This document shows, piece by piece, positions 23,440 to 35,728 of a stretch of 64,000 bases of DNA. Source of the DNA: Trichodelitschia bisporula (taxonomy: Eukaryota); contig ML996696.1 in assembly GCA_010356995.1 (NCBI GenBank), positions 808,364-872,363 on the forward strand. Reading direction: 5' to 3'. The position numbers were made by a program, and so were the translations under genes. Below the pieces are notes generated by a model. It ran no database searches. It saw only the letters and a program-made list of their open reading frames with translations, and was not told the origin of the DNA. The stretch's first letter is position 1. The number at the start of each line of letters is the position of its first letter.

Positions 23440-26400
23440 TGAAGATGAGCGGACGGTGTGCCCGCGAGCCATAGGATGCAGCGGATCTGAGCCAGAACGA
23501 CAGCCGTGAGGGCAAGACGAGGCGCGCGGCAGAATATGGTGTTGGATGGCAAATCCGGACTGAAAAGAACTTCTCCAGGAGCGAGGAAGCCCGGCGGTGG
23601 GAAGTCAAGCCACCCTTCGGTGGTGTCCAGGACCGAATTTGCATATGCGTTGCTGGTATCAAATGCCCACGGTTCCAGACGCTGGGTAGTGCTGCGAGAG
23701 TGAGGTCGATCCGGTTGTGCACTGCCGCCCGCCGTAAGACCAGGACAAGGTATGCGGGAATGAGAACATCCAAAGTGCGGAACCTGCGGAGTCCAATTTC
23801 CAGCAAAATCATCCGGTGGTAAGAAAAACAAACTCCTGACTGCGGGGAGATCCCCCTTGGAAAGACGACCAAGGGGTATGCCGCGAATGGATGACCACGA
23901 GAGAGAACCGCGGCCGTGAGGGCGAGACGAGGTGCAGGGCAGCCATATGATGGTTCATTTTTAAACCGGGCTGGACAGCATGCCGAATCAATCAATTATG
24001 CTCGAAGATAGTCCATTGAACTGCCGCCGACGTCAGACCAGGACAAGACATGCCGGAACGGAAACATACCTCTGCTAGCCATGTCGTCTAGCCGCAAATC
24101 GACGGCCATTTTCGTGGTCCGGGAAAAGCTTGAGTATGGCACGAGAGCAATTGTGCGAGAAAGCACTCGATATGAGCCTGTGGGTGCTGACGGTATTGAC
24201 GGGAGATAACCGCGGCAGCGACGCAGAGACGAGGCGCACAGGAGACATGAGCGAATCGTGACCAGGGCCGGGCTGAACAGCAAGCCGAATGCGACATCAA
24301 GTTCGAACGCCAGGACGGCTTCGTGCTGCCTCTAACGTCAGACTAGGATAAGGCAGCGCCGAAACGGGGACATACCTTTCGAAAGCCACACCGACCAACC
24401 GCAATACTATGGAGCGTTTGGTGGCCCGGATAAACCGGAGTATAGAACGAGAGCAGTTGTGCGGAAAAGTACTCGATATGAGCCAGTGGGGTGCCGATAG
24501 GAGTGATGGGATAGAACCGCGGCAGAAAGGGCAAGACGAGGCGCGGAGCAGCTGTACCATGCTGGGAGTTAATTCCGGGCTGAACAGCAAGCTGAAACAG
24601 TCCCTTATGCTGGAAGCTGGTCCGTTGCACTGCCGCCAGCGTGAGACCAGGACAAGGCAGAGCAGAAAGGAAACATACCTCAGAGTAGCCCCATCCCTTT
24701 AAAGAGCCACACCGGGCAGCCGCAATGCGAGATGATCTCGGGCCGTCCGGATAAGCCTAATCAAGATCACCGGCACCATTATCGCCGCCCCCGGAACTGT
24801 CGACCCTGGGCATTCCCGTTAAGGTATTTTCGCACTTCTGAGCGCGGCGGGGCGAGATGATACCCTGCTCGAGGGCGGAAGAAATCGAAAGCTCCTTGAA
24901 GTCTGGGAGAACAGAAACCCAGGACGCAAGTATGAGAGAAAACTCGCGAGATGAGCCAGTAGGCTCGCCAGGATGGCGAGAGAACCGCGGCAGTGAGGGC
25001 GGGATGAAGCACACGGCCAGAAATGGGTTCATAAGTGATTAATCCGGGCTGAACAGCAAGCCGGATCAGTCGATTATGTTCGAAGTCGGGTTGTTGTACT
25101 GCCGCCGACGTTAGATCAGGACAAGGTAGTACCGGAACGGAAACATACCCCGATAAAATCCCCCTTGGAGAGCCACACCGGGCAGCCTCAACTACGGCGT
25201 ACGATGTGTGATCCGGGCAAAGCCAGAATATAGGACGAGACCAACTATGGTCGAAAAGAGCTCGAGATAGGCGGCATGGGCTCGCCAGGAGAGAATCGCG
25301 GCAGTGAGGGCGAGACGAGGCGCAGAGCAGACATGCATCTTTTGTTTCAAAATCCGGGTTGAACAGCAAGCCGAGTCAGTCGATTATGCTAGAAGCTGGC
25401 CCCTTGTACTGCCGCCGACGTCAAACTATGACAAGCCAGTACGGGAACGGGAAGATACCTCGATGACACCCCCCTGGAGGCCACACCGGCCAGGCGCAAT
25501 GACTGGAGCATGATGTGACCCAGGCAAGTGGAGAAATGGGGCATAGGAAGCCAATGCGCAAGAAAGCACCCAGATAAGCCGCTAGCTCATCCGGCTTATA
25601 AGAGAGCACCGCGATCGTAAGGATAAGGCGAAACGCAGAGCAGACATAGCCATGTGCTGTGAAACAGGACAGAAAGGCAAGCCGAATGTATTAGTGAAGT
25701 TAAAAGCCGGCCCGTTGTACTGCTGTCGACGTTAGGTCAAGACAAGGCATACGGGAATGGGAACATACCTCGGTGAAATCCCCCTTGGAGACGTGGGAAG
25801 CCAATGCGCAAGGAAGCACCCAGATAATTGGCGAGCTCATCCCGGTGATAAGAGAGCACCGCGGCCGTGAGGGCAAGACGAGGCGCAGAGCTGACATCGT
25901 GTCCTTTATTGTAAAACCGAACAGAACAGCAAGCCGAATATATCGTCCAGGAAATAAACCGGCCCGGCCGGATACTGTCGCCGACGTTAGATCAGGACAA
26001 GGCAGAGCAGTAAGACAACATACTTTGCTAAGAACCCCTTAGGAGGCCGCGCCGGCCAGGCGCAATGTAAGATGTCTGGGCCGGCCGGACAAGGAAGAGG
26101 ATGAGATGCGAATAAAATGCGGTCAAACTCGAGATGAACCGATGAGCTCAGGACGGACGCTAGCAGGACAGGAATCGCATAGAAGAGCAGCGGCCCGGGA
26201 AGACTGCGATGTGCAGAGAAGAATCAGCGATGGTTGAGAGGGTATCGGGAACATACCACGTCGAACCCCCCTTGGAGAGCCACACCGGCCAGGCGCAATG
26301 TAAGATGTCTGTGCAGGCCGGAGAAGGAGGAGGATGGAATGAGAGTAATACGCGGGAAAAGCACTCGAGATGAGCGGATGGGCTCGTCACAGACAGGAAT

Positions 26401-26440
26401 AGCAAGGGAGGGAGTTGGTCCGTGAAGCCTGCGATGTACA
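23440..26440 (-). repeat. Degenerate tandem repeat F, ~305 bp, 9-10 units, each with a minus-strand intron
   Basis: gtgagggc(a/g)agacgaggcgc, ctgaacagcaagccga, ctgccgccgacgt(c/t)aga, cccttggagagccacaccgg recur about every 305 bp. Confidence 0.92.
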
Positions 26441-26555
26441 GAAGAGATTCGGCGGTGGTTTAGAGAGAAACGACAACAGAAGATGGATTGAGAGGAGGAT
26501 GAGAGGAGTGGATTGTGTGATTGAAGGCTGATGTGGGATGATGTGTTTGAGCGGA
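23440..26555 (-). ncRNA. Putative spliced repeat-derived long non-coding RNA
   Basis: 8 intact GT-AG introns with branch sites, upstream TATA and CT-rich leader, no long ORF; 3' end unknown and transcription is inferred. Confidence 0.5.
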
Positions 26556-26575
26556 AGATGGGGCGGTATATATAC
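26470..26575 (-). promoter_or_regulatory. Putative Pol II core promoter: TATATATA plus pyrimidine-rich leader
   Basis: gtatatatac at 26566-26575 followed on the minus strand by ~90 nt of C/T/A-rich, ATG-free sequence like the 5' leaders of other genes in this window. Confidence 0.55.
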
Positions 26576-26609
26576 TCTCCAAACCAGCATACGGCGGCTT
26601 TGCAGGTCG

Positions 26610-26725
26610 AGAAGGACTCTGTCGCCGTGGTGGAAGGACTCTCGGACCGTGGAGTAACGACTCACGCCGTGGAGGAAGGACTCTCTCGCCGTGAAGAAGG
26701 ACTCTCTCGCCGCGGAGAAAGGAGC
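26610..26725. repeat. Minisatellite G, ~21-24 bp x5 (gaaggactctctcgccgtg)
   Basis: Direct tandem copies visible in the sequence. Confidence 0.85.
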
Positions 26726-27180
26726 GCGGGGCGTACGGCATGCAACCGCCCCATCCGTCGAGACGCACTGCCCTATATCGCCATCAGGCGCAACAGGGAC
26801 CGAGAGCAAGCCGTATGAAGAAAGTCGTTCGCACTATCGCCTCGTCTCGACTTCCGCCCAGCATCCGGAGACATCGCAGGTGAAGTAAGAACCTCGCGCC
26901 GTCCGGGACGCAGCCGCTCCATCCGTCGAGTCACACTTCCCTCCGTCAGCATCAAGAACAACAGTGACCATGAGCAGGCCCTATGAAGAAAGTCATTTGC
27001 GCTACCAACTCATCTCTCCTTCCACTATTCACACCCTTAATGAGTTTGCGGCCATACCTCAAAGGCACATACCTCACGTTCATATATTGCCACAGCCTGA
27101 CTTCCTCCATCGACAACCAGCACAATGAGCCTGCCTTAACCCATCGAGCGCACATACCTCACACCACCTCCCCAACCCAC

Positions 27181-29821
27181 CTACCCACTCAACTCAACCC
27201 TCCTCGCAAGCACCTTCCTCGCTTCCGTAACCCCCACCCTCACCAACCCCAACTCCCCAAGACACACCCTCGCCTCCTCCCCGTCGCCAAAAATCCTCTT
27301 CTCAACGCCCCACAAGGTAACCTTCCCCCCATCCCCTCCATCATCCCCTTCCTCCCCCCTCCCCCCCTCCAACCCAACCAACCAAGCCCCCTCAACAACT
27401 CTCCTCAACCCCTCCCCAACAGCCACACTAACCAACTTCACCAAACACCCCCTCACAGCCTGCACATCCGCGCCAAACTGCCCCGCCCCGGCGGCACTAA
27501 ACTCGCGCCTTAGAAGCACATGCTCAAACAACTGATTATCAATCGCATGCGCCGTCTTCCGCGCAACACGGTGCAGCGGCGCAGCACCCAGCGCCTTGGC
27601 CAGGTATTCGAAATGGGTTGACAAGGTCGTGAGCAAGTTGTCGAGTTCCGGGGTCGGCGGGAGCGAGGGGAGGGAGTCTGGACTACGGGCCGCTGGGACA
27701 GGAACCGACGTCGAGGGCGCGAGGCTGGACCAGGGGTTTATCCGGGAATAGGCTGAGAGGGAGTTGCGCACGTTGTTGATTAGTAAGTCTGCGATGACGG
27801 CTTCGGTGCGCTCGCGCAGCCGCGTGTAGCTCGCCGCCGTTTCGTCGAAGAGCGCCCCCGTAGCCGTAGGATCGTCGAGCTCATCCGGCGGGGTGGACAC
27901 GGCGCGAGACGTGCGGGCCGCGACCTGGGCTAGATTCATGCTCCCCGATATATTTTGCCCCCTTGTGGCAGCGCGGTGTTGCAGTTCTGACCAAAGGGAG
28001 AGGAAGAAGACGTCGTCGCTCCAGTCGCGCATGGCCCTTTCGAGGTACTCTGCGCTACCGTAGATGCGGCATAGACTCTCGAGGCCGGCGACGCCTTGCA
28101 GGGTGATTTGCTCTTCGCGGCTGGTGCGGCCGATGGTGGAGGTGCGGGAGAGGTAGGCGGCTAGGCCGTCGGCGAGGCGCTCGTGGAAGAGGTCGAAGAT
28201 GGAGATTTGGATGTCGATTAGGAAGCGGAGTTTTTGGGAGAAGGAAGTTAGGGTGCGGTAGTGGCCTGGATGCATTAGGATAGGATCAAAGGTCACCAGA
28301 GCACGAACCTGTGGTAGCCTCGAGAAGATCGTTGACTCGGATTGCGGCCTTGGTCGGCTTGGTGCTCTTCGCATCGACGCCATCGTAGTCCAGATCGAAG
28401 CTATCAGGAGCATCGACGATCTCCTGGTAGCGGGCCAAGGCAACTGCCAGATCAGCTCTCATCCAACAGAGCGGCAGCACAACCTACAGTCCTTCTCCAC
28501 CTTGAGCCACTGTTCGAACCAATCATTCGCACTGAGCACTTCCCAGGCAAGGCCTCTCCAGCATTCCCCTTCCGCCCCAGCCTCGTACCGCCATTCATCC
28601 CGCAGCGTGGTGTCAAATTTCATTACCTCATGGATGAGGTGGCTCAATAGCTGCGGCCGACCCGAAACCTTGGGAAGCGTAGTAAATATTTTCGCCCTAA
28701 CCATCGGCAGCAAGGCTGTGACGAACGCAGACGTGGCATCGATATACGCAGGGTTGCGGGCGATGCTCGTGCCCCTGAACTTCTCCAGCAGCACTGGCTG
28801 CAGATTGTCATCCATAAAGTCATTGTACTGTCCGAGAAGCTTGTCCGTGACGTGGAACAGAAAGTACTCGGGTCTGTCCAGTCTATTGGTGGGGCGATCG
28901 GTCTCGAAGTGATACCTGAACGCCAGCTCGAGGGGGTGCACCATCGCCTGCAGTGGCAGCAGCACAAGTGGCGCTGTGGCAGGCGAATTGCCTGCTTCCT
29001 CTCGGGCTTCCTCTCGGGCCTCCAGCTCGGGTTTCTGCAGCTCCAGGAGCTTACCGATAGTGGCCCTGAAGCTGCCAACCATTGTCGGAGGCACCGTAGC
29101 GTCGGGAGATGGCCAGGAGATCTTCTTGAGGAGCGTCTCCAACTCACCGATGAACGATTTCTGGATACGATCATGCAGCGCCTTCGTCTTCTGCGCAACA
29201 GAGTCAAGAAGATGCGGGGCAGCGCCCTCAGCCGCATCCTGAAGTGGCTGGAGTGATACGGACAGACTGTGCAGGTGACGATATGCATCAATCGCCTCTG
29301 CATCGTGCGTGCCTAACCGCGCCACGCCCTCATTGCTGCCCAAGTCAGGTCGTGCCATGCATTCAGCGGAGGAGACAGAGCACACCAACCTCAATCGATC
29401 AACCTCTCGGAGCATCTCAACATATCCATTAGCAATCTCCAACCGCCGCATCTTGTCCATACTCGACTCGAAGCGTTTCACAGCCGCATCGCTAGTATCC
29501 GAATTCGTGGCAATCAGGAGGCGCCGGTCGATGTCCGCCTGCGCGCGCTCGAAGCGGTCTACGCGCGCACGGAGGCTGCTGTCATGTTCGGATGCGGCGC
29601 GTTTGGCCGATTCGAGGTCTTTTTGGGCGACATGGATCTTGTTCGGGTGTTAGAGCTGTCATAACGGGGAAGGGGGGGGAGGGGCTGAAGAGGCACACCT
29701 GGTCCTCGAGCAGCTTGCGCTGCGCAGAGACACTATCCAGCAGCTCGCGGAGCAAATCAAAGTCGGCCGGCGTCTGTAGCTTGTCGTCGAGGTAGTCGCC
29801 GACTCGGACGTCCCTCGCCAT
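27181..29821 (-). CDS. TIP20: RINT-1/Tip20 family, Dsl1 tethering complex subunit, multi-exon
   Basis: DYLDDKLQT, FRYHF..RPTNRLDRPEYF, LLSHLIHE..FD, WSDDVFFL, FSAAGAGQF. Confidence 0.92.
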
Positions 29822-30824
29822 AGCTGTGGGCCTGCGGTAGACTGGGTTCGGGGGATGCGGAAGCAGGTGGTGTGAGCGTGTTCCGGTATGCGGTGCGTTG
29901 GGCGGCAGAACGGGCGTCTGGTGGCTCAGTCACTCCCCGTACCGTAGATACGATCTCGCACGCGGCGCTTGCCGTGTGTGCTAGGCTAAAGCTGCGGTCT
30001 GCGTCGCTGGCCGCGGGAGCTCTCCGGGTGGATGTGGGATGGAGCACTGGACACGGGGTGCGTTGAAGCGGCTTCGGCCACTTGGGACGCGTTATGACGG
30101 AAGCGAGCTGCGGAACCGATGGGGGAATAAAAGCCTCGTCCTTCCCAGATGAGCTTCCCAGATGAGCTTCTCTTCGCTAAAGTAGGGACCAAGGGGACGG
30201 TCGAGCACAAGGGGCTTGGATAATGGTACGATGAAAGCAGCAGCGGGCGGGAATATCGTCAGAATGTGTGAAGGGCTGGTCCCCTGCCCTGTATTGCCTG
30301 ATGCTTGCTTGCCTGCGCTCTGAGCATGCGGGCGGGGGGTTCTCGCCGTTCGCGATCGGGGGCTGCTACGCTACACATCGGGGGGGTTCTCTCGCCATTG
30401 GAACACTGGCACGATTGGCTACAGCAGAGGGGGGTGCACTGCTCACCCGCCTAACAGAACTCACTAACGGGCGGCCCACCGCCTCCAAACCCTCCCTGCA
30501 GAGGAGGAGCAGAAAGTGGGCAGATCGGCATCGGCTACGGCGTTTACGGGCGAAAAAAAAAGATCTGATCTCAGGCATTGGCGATTCGATCTGCGAGCCC
30601 AGCCCAAATTCTGCCACACAACCACCCATCGAGAAACGCCCTCATCACACACCCAACCCCAAACCGGACGTCCACCCGCCTGCACACCCGAATCACCCTT
30701 CTGTGGTTCAAATCACCGCCGAATCCCGGGTGGACTTGTGCTCCCCGACTTTCCCTCCCAATTCCCTCGTCATAGAACACTAGTTCTACTCAACAAGAGC
30801 ACCCCGCTGCTGACCGCTAAGGAC

Positions 30825-33227
30825 ATGCCTAAAGACCTGAAGAAGCGCGGCCGCCGCGCGGAGAAGAAGCGCAAGCTCGAAGAGGACGAAACCGCCCTTG
30901 AGACCTCGACAAAACGACAAAGACACGAGCGCAACTCCGAGCCTGGACTTGAATTCCAGCCTCTGGAGAATGGCGAGCAGGATGAGGCCGCGAGCGGGGA
31001 ACGCATACATTTGGGAGAAACGCCGTTCTACGGTATGCTCGACGAGGAGGAGCAGGAGTACTTCAAGCAGGCGAGCGACATGCTCGAAGCGGACCAGTTC
31101 AGCGACGCTGAGGAAAGGAACCTGTTCTTGGAGAACGTGTACCGTGAAGCCAACGGCAAAGAACTGAAGCTCGCGAGTTCGCAATCCTGCTCCCGCCTTC
31201 TCGAGCGCCTAATCCAGCTCTCGACACCAACGCAGCTGCGCAATCTCTTCGTCAAGTTCAACGGCGAGTGAGTTACATCCGTACCCTATCCGCTCTCCCC
31301 AGTTTCAATTTTCTATTTCCCTTTCTCCTTGCTAATGAATCCTAGATTCCTGCATCTCGTCCAGCACCGCTTCGCCTCCCACTGCTGCGAAGCACTCTTT
31401 GTCCAAGCAGCGCCCGTTGTCAGTGCGGAGCTCCTTGCACCACCTGAGGCTGTGACGCCCGCCGACCCGAACGAGATCCAGGAAACAATGGAGAATTTGT
31501 TCCTGCATACCGTTAACGAGCTCGAGGACCATTTAGGCTTTCTCATGACGAATGTATTCGCCTCGCACACGCTTCGTGTACTACTACTCGTGCTCGCAGG
31601 GCTCCCAATTGAGCAATTCAAGAACAGCCACCTCGTGCAGAGCCGCAAGAAGGAGCACGTCACGCACGGTGTAGCGGCAGACAAGCAAGACGAAGAGAAG
31701 AAACTGGAGAAACGAGTCGTCCCAGACTCCTTCACCGAAGCCCTCGAAAAGGTAATGTACAAAAGCGTTGCCGGGCTCGACACAAGCTACCTCCGCGCCC
31801 TCGCAACCCACCAAACCGGCAACCCAACCCTGCAACTCCTCCTCCAGCTCGAACTCGGCCACTTCGGCAAATCCCGCGCCAAAGACACAACTTCAATCTA
31901 CCACACCCTCCTCCCAGACGATCCCCCCTCTGCCGACACAGAGAGCGCAGCCTTCATCAACAGCCTCCTCTACTCCACCATCGGCAGCCGCCTCCTCGAA
32001 ACCATAATCGACCACTCCCCAGGTAAAACCTTCAAAGTCCTCCACCGCGAATTCTTCAGCTCGCGCCTTGCCAGCCTCGCCCGCAATGACGTCGCTTCCT
32101 ACATCGTCATCCGCGTCCTCACCCGCCTCGGCAAAGACGACCTCGCCGCCGCCTCTGAGCTGCTCTGCCCGGTCATCCCGACGCTCGTCGAGCGCAACCG
32201 CACCTCGGTGATCAAGGCCCTAATCGAGCGCGCGGCTATCCGCGGCGTGGATACCGCGCCCATCGCCGCAGCGCTCAAAACAGCATATTCGGGCGCCAAT
32301 GGGTTCGATATAACGCACATACTCAAGCTGAACCACGCCGCTAGCCGACCCGCCGATGACACGGCTCCCGAAGCCCAGCCCAGCAACGCTGGGTCGAACC
32401 CTGAGAAGCTGCACGGTAGCCTGCTCACACAGGCGATGCTCGCTGTGCCCGGGCCGCTAAGTGAGTTGGTATTAGATGCATTCTCACGCCTCGGGACCCC
32501 GCTCTCCCTCACCATCGCCCGCGACGCATCCGCCTCGTGGGCCCTACAAGCCGCACTCACATCACCGCACGCCAGCGTAATCCACCGTCGAAAGATCATC
32601 GCGCAGCTCTACGGACACTATGGCGAGTTAGCACTCGACCCATCTGGCAGCCGCGTGGTCGATGCAGTGTGGAAAGGCACGCAAGGGCTCGCATTCATTC
32701 GCGAAAGGGTTGCAGAGGAATTGTGTGAGAACGAGGCTGCATTGAGGGAAAGCATGGTTGGTCGGAAGGTTTGGAGGAACTGGAGGATGGAGGCTTTCAG
32801 GAGGAAGAGGGGGGAGTGGGTACAGGCGAGCAGGGCCGCGGGTGCGGATGGGTTCGTGGGGTTCCCTGGGGAGGGGGAAGGGGAGGGTGGAGAGGGGAGG
32901 AAGAAGAGTGCGATTGAGATGGCGAGGCTTAGGCATGCTAAGGAACGGGAGAGGAGGGAACGGGAGGCGAGGGATAAGGGGAAAGGGAAGGAGAAGATTA
33001 CTGAGCCGGCTGCTGCTCCTGAGGCGACTGGGAGTAATGCGGTAGAAGTGGTCAAGGAGAAGAAGGAGAAGGAGGAGAAGTCAAAATCGAAGGATGAGGA
33101 CAGGCATAAGCCGAAAGAGGGAAAGGAAAAGAAGGAAAAGAAGGAAAGGAAAGAGAAGAAAGAGAAAAAGAAAAAAGAGAAACGGGCCCACGTGGAAGAG
33201 ACGCCTACGCAAGCCGTCGCCACCTAG
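30825..33227 (+). CDS. NOP9: Nucleolar protein 9 (PUF-like, 18S rRNA maturation), 2 exons
   Basis: PFYGMLDEEEQEYF, GKELKLASSQSCSRLLERLI, HRFASHCCE, FASHTLRVLL, Lys/Glu-rich tail. Confidence 0.93.
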
Positions 33228-34813
33228 CCCATCCAACCGTTTGTCAAGTAAGGCATCAGCATATCATACTCCCTATTTCGGCCACGATCATCAGCATTGG
33301 CATTGACATTTGGCAAGGAACGCTACCGGAGTGGTTTGTGGACGTTCGCTCATCTGAGGGCTGTTGTAGGATATGAGGGTGCTTTTACAGCAGGCCCGAC
33401 TTGGTATGTGTCTGCCTCGAGAGAGACTGAGGGTTGGGTGATTAGAATGTAATGTATGTAATTAGGTACAGCAATGCGATGTTGCTCCCTCGTACGGTAC
33501 TCTGGATGTTGGTGTGAGCTTGCTGCAGTGGTTGAAATAGGCGTGGATGGTCGTGGACCTGGATGAGGAGCGGGTGGGATGCCGTGGTGCGGCATAAATG
33601 TGATAATGGAAACATAGTCTTGACACGTTCAATACCTACGGCGTGAAGTGAAAGCTTGATAAAGGACGAAGAAAAACAGAGAGTCCAGAGACGCTCAAGA
33701 CTAAATACACGATGTGGCAAATCTCCCCCCATGCTCCTTACGGCCTAGAAATGCTCCTGCCTCCTGTCTCTATTAGCTCCTGCCCCATGTCTACATCATA
33801 GGCTGCTAGTATACCGTAGTAGGGGGCCGGATGCCGTTATGCGTGATAGGAACGAGGACCATGATCAAAGACCCACGTCGGGCTGTGGTGAAGCTCAAGA
33901 GTAGGCAAGCAAGCAAGTAGCATCGTCTTCATCCATAAAGCAACCCTTATCAAATTCCATTGACGCAGTTGAGAACCTCAACCCGACAACCCCGTACAGC
34001 AACGCAACCCACAGACTCCAACAAAACCCATGGACCAGCGGGTAACAACTGAACACTCAAAGACGACAAATCAGCCTGCCTACCTGTAAGGCGGCAGACA
34101 CTGATATCTGAAACCCACTCATCCGATTCATACCTATCACAAGCCCATTAGCAAGCGTCTATCTCCACTTCTGGAGAATCTACTCAAGAGACAACACGAA
34201 AACGAGAGGCAGTGGTGGAGCTCCAAGATTTATACTCTATATCATGTGACCCTCCCTCCCCATCCTGCCCCCACCCACCGGGGGGTAGTACAATGAAGGG
34301 GAAAACCACCTCAGCCAGGCCCAGACACACACGCGCGACAAAGGGAAAAGGAAGAGCGCATTCGGCCGATAACAACCGCCACCCAGAACCCCAACCCGCA
34401 TCCCTCACTCCATCGCTCAAGTCCCCCTCCCCCATGCTCCCGGTATGACAGAGCAGCCAGCGTGCCATGCAAACCCCGGCAAAAAAGCAACATGAATCCA
34501 TCATAGTGAAGTATCCCCAGACAAAGATTTCAAATGACACCGAAACACCCCCCCTTTCCCAAGACATAGTACAGTGGTTGGTAGGATCACGCGGCGAGCG
34601 AGCGGGAGGACGACAAGAGAGGTGGAGAGATGGAGGAGGCGGTAGAGCGCAGGCGTATAGCGGCCGAAGGGGCAATTCCGCGTCGCTCGTGGTGGTAGAG
34701 GAAGATGTGGCACAGGAGAATTTTGAGATTGCCATCCGATCCAGTCGCACGCTAGAAAACGCGCAATGACAGCCGTAGACTGCTAAACGAAAGTGCTTAT
34801 TAAATTCGTACTT

Positions 34814-35728
34814 TTAGTATCCATCGGGGTTCGTGACCTGCACAAGTTAGCTTGTATCTTTGATGCCTGCCAAGATTCCCACCTTCAATATCCGCCTGGA
34901 GTAGTCCTGGTTGTCGGCGATGCTGCCGGTACTCTCACGACGCTGCATGATGATCGGATCAAGACGCGAGTCGCCACCAGAGCTGGTGCTGCCACCGTGC
35001 TTGCCACCAGCCATGAAGCTGCTGACGGCAGCCTGGCGTCGGTACTCTTCCTCGGCCTTCTGTCGCCGCTTCTGGCGGAGGAACAGCCACACGCCACCCA
35101 CGATTCCCGCAATGACTATGATGCCAACGACTACGCCGACGGCGATGCCCACTGTATTGCTCTTGCTCTTGTGGGCGGGAGTATTGGACGCCGTAACCAC
35201 GACGGTGCTGGGAGGCTGAGTGGTGGAAGAAGTCTTGGTTGTTGGAGAACCGCTCGTGCCGGTGAGCGACTTCGGGTCAAGGTAGCCGATACGGTTCCGC
35301 GTGATACCCGTCAAGTAGACCCACCAGAGATCAGGTCCACCGCCTATAACAGTTAGTTAACCTCAAGAAGAGAGCGCGTAGTACACACAGTTTTCTGTGT
35401 CGATGCCGGCGCACGGCGTGTTGCAGCTGGAGTTGTCCACCTTGGTGTTTTCGGGAGGGATGAGCGATCCGCACCAGCAGTTTGTGCCGTTCACGAGGCC
35501 CATGACCGGTTGCTGAAGCTGGTAGCAGATAGGTTGGCAGTTGCCGGATGACTGGAAGGTCCAAGGTCCGTGGTCAACCATGGGCTCTGGTGTGGAGAAG
35601 CAACCCACAGCCGTCAAGGCGTTCATGGGAACCTTCGCAGTGGCAGTGGGGATAAGCTGAGCGGAGACTTGTGACGCAGAGAAGAGCATCGCGACGGCGA
35701 GAGCCGCATTCAGTGTTGAAGCGAACAT
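34814..35728 (-). CDS. WSC-domain cell wall integrity sensor (Wsc1/Slg1-like), 3 exons
   Basis: Signal peptide, WSC Cys pattern (GCF, FQSSGNC, CWCG, CNTPCAG), S/T stalk, single TM, DNQDYSRRILK|VTNPD C-terminus. Confidence 0.92.

Noticed and set aside
24070..25369. HET-domain-like reading (IRLAVQPG..SAFSH) of repeat F exons
   Set aside because: Similarity too weak and the frame is not maintained across units
20100..26440. CRISPR array
   Set aside because: Eukaryotic context, long degenerate units, no regular repeat-spacer periodicity and no cas genes
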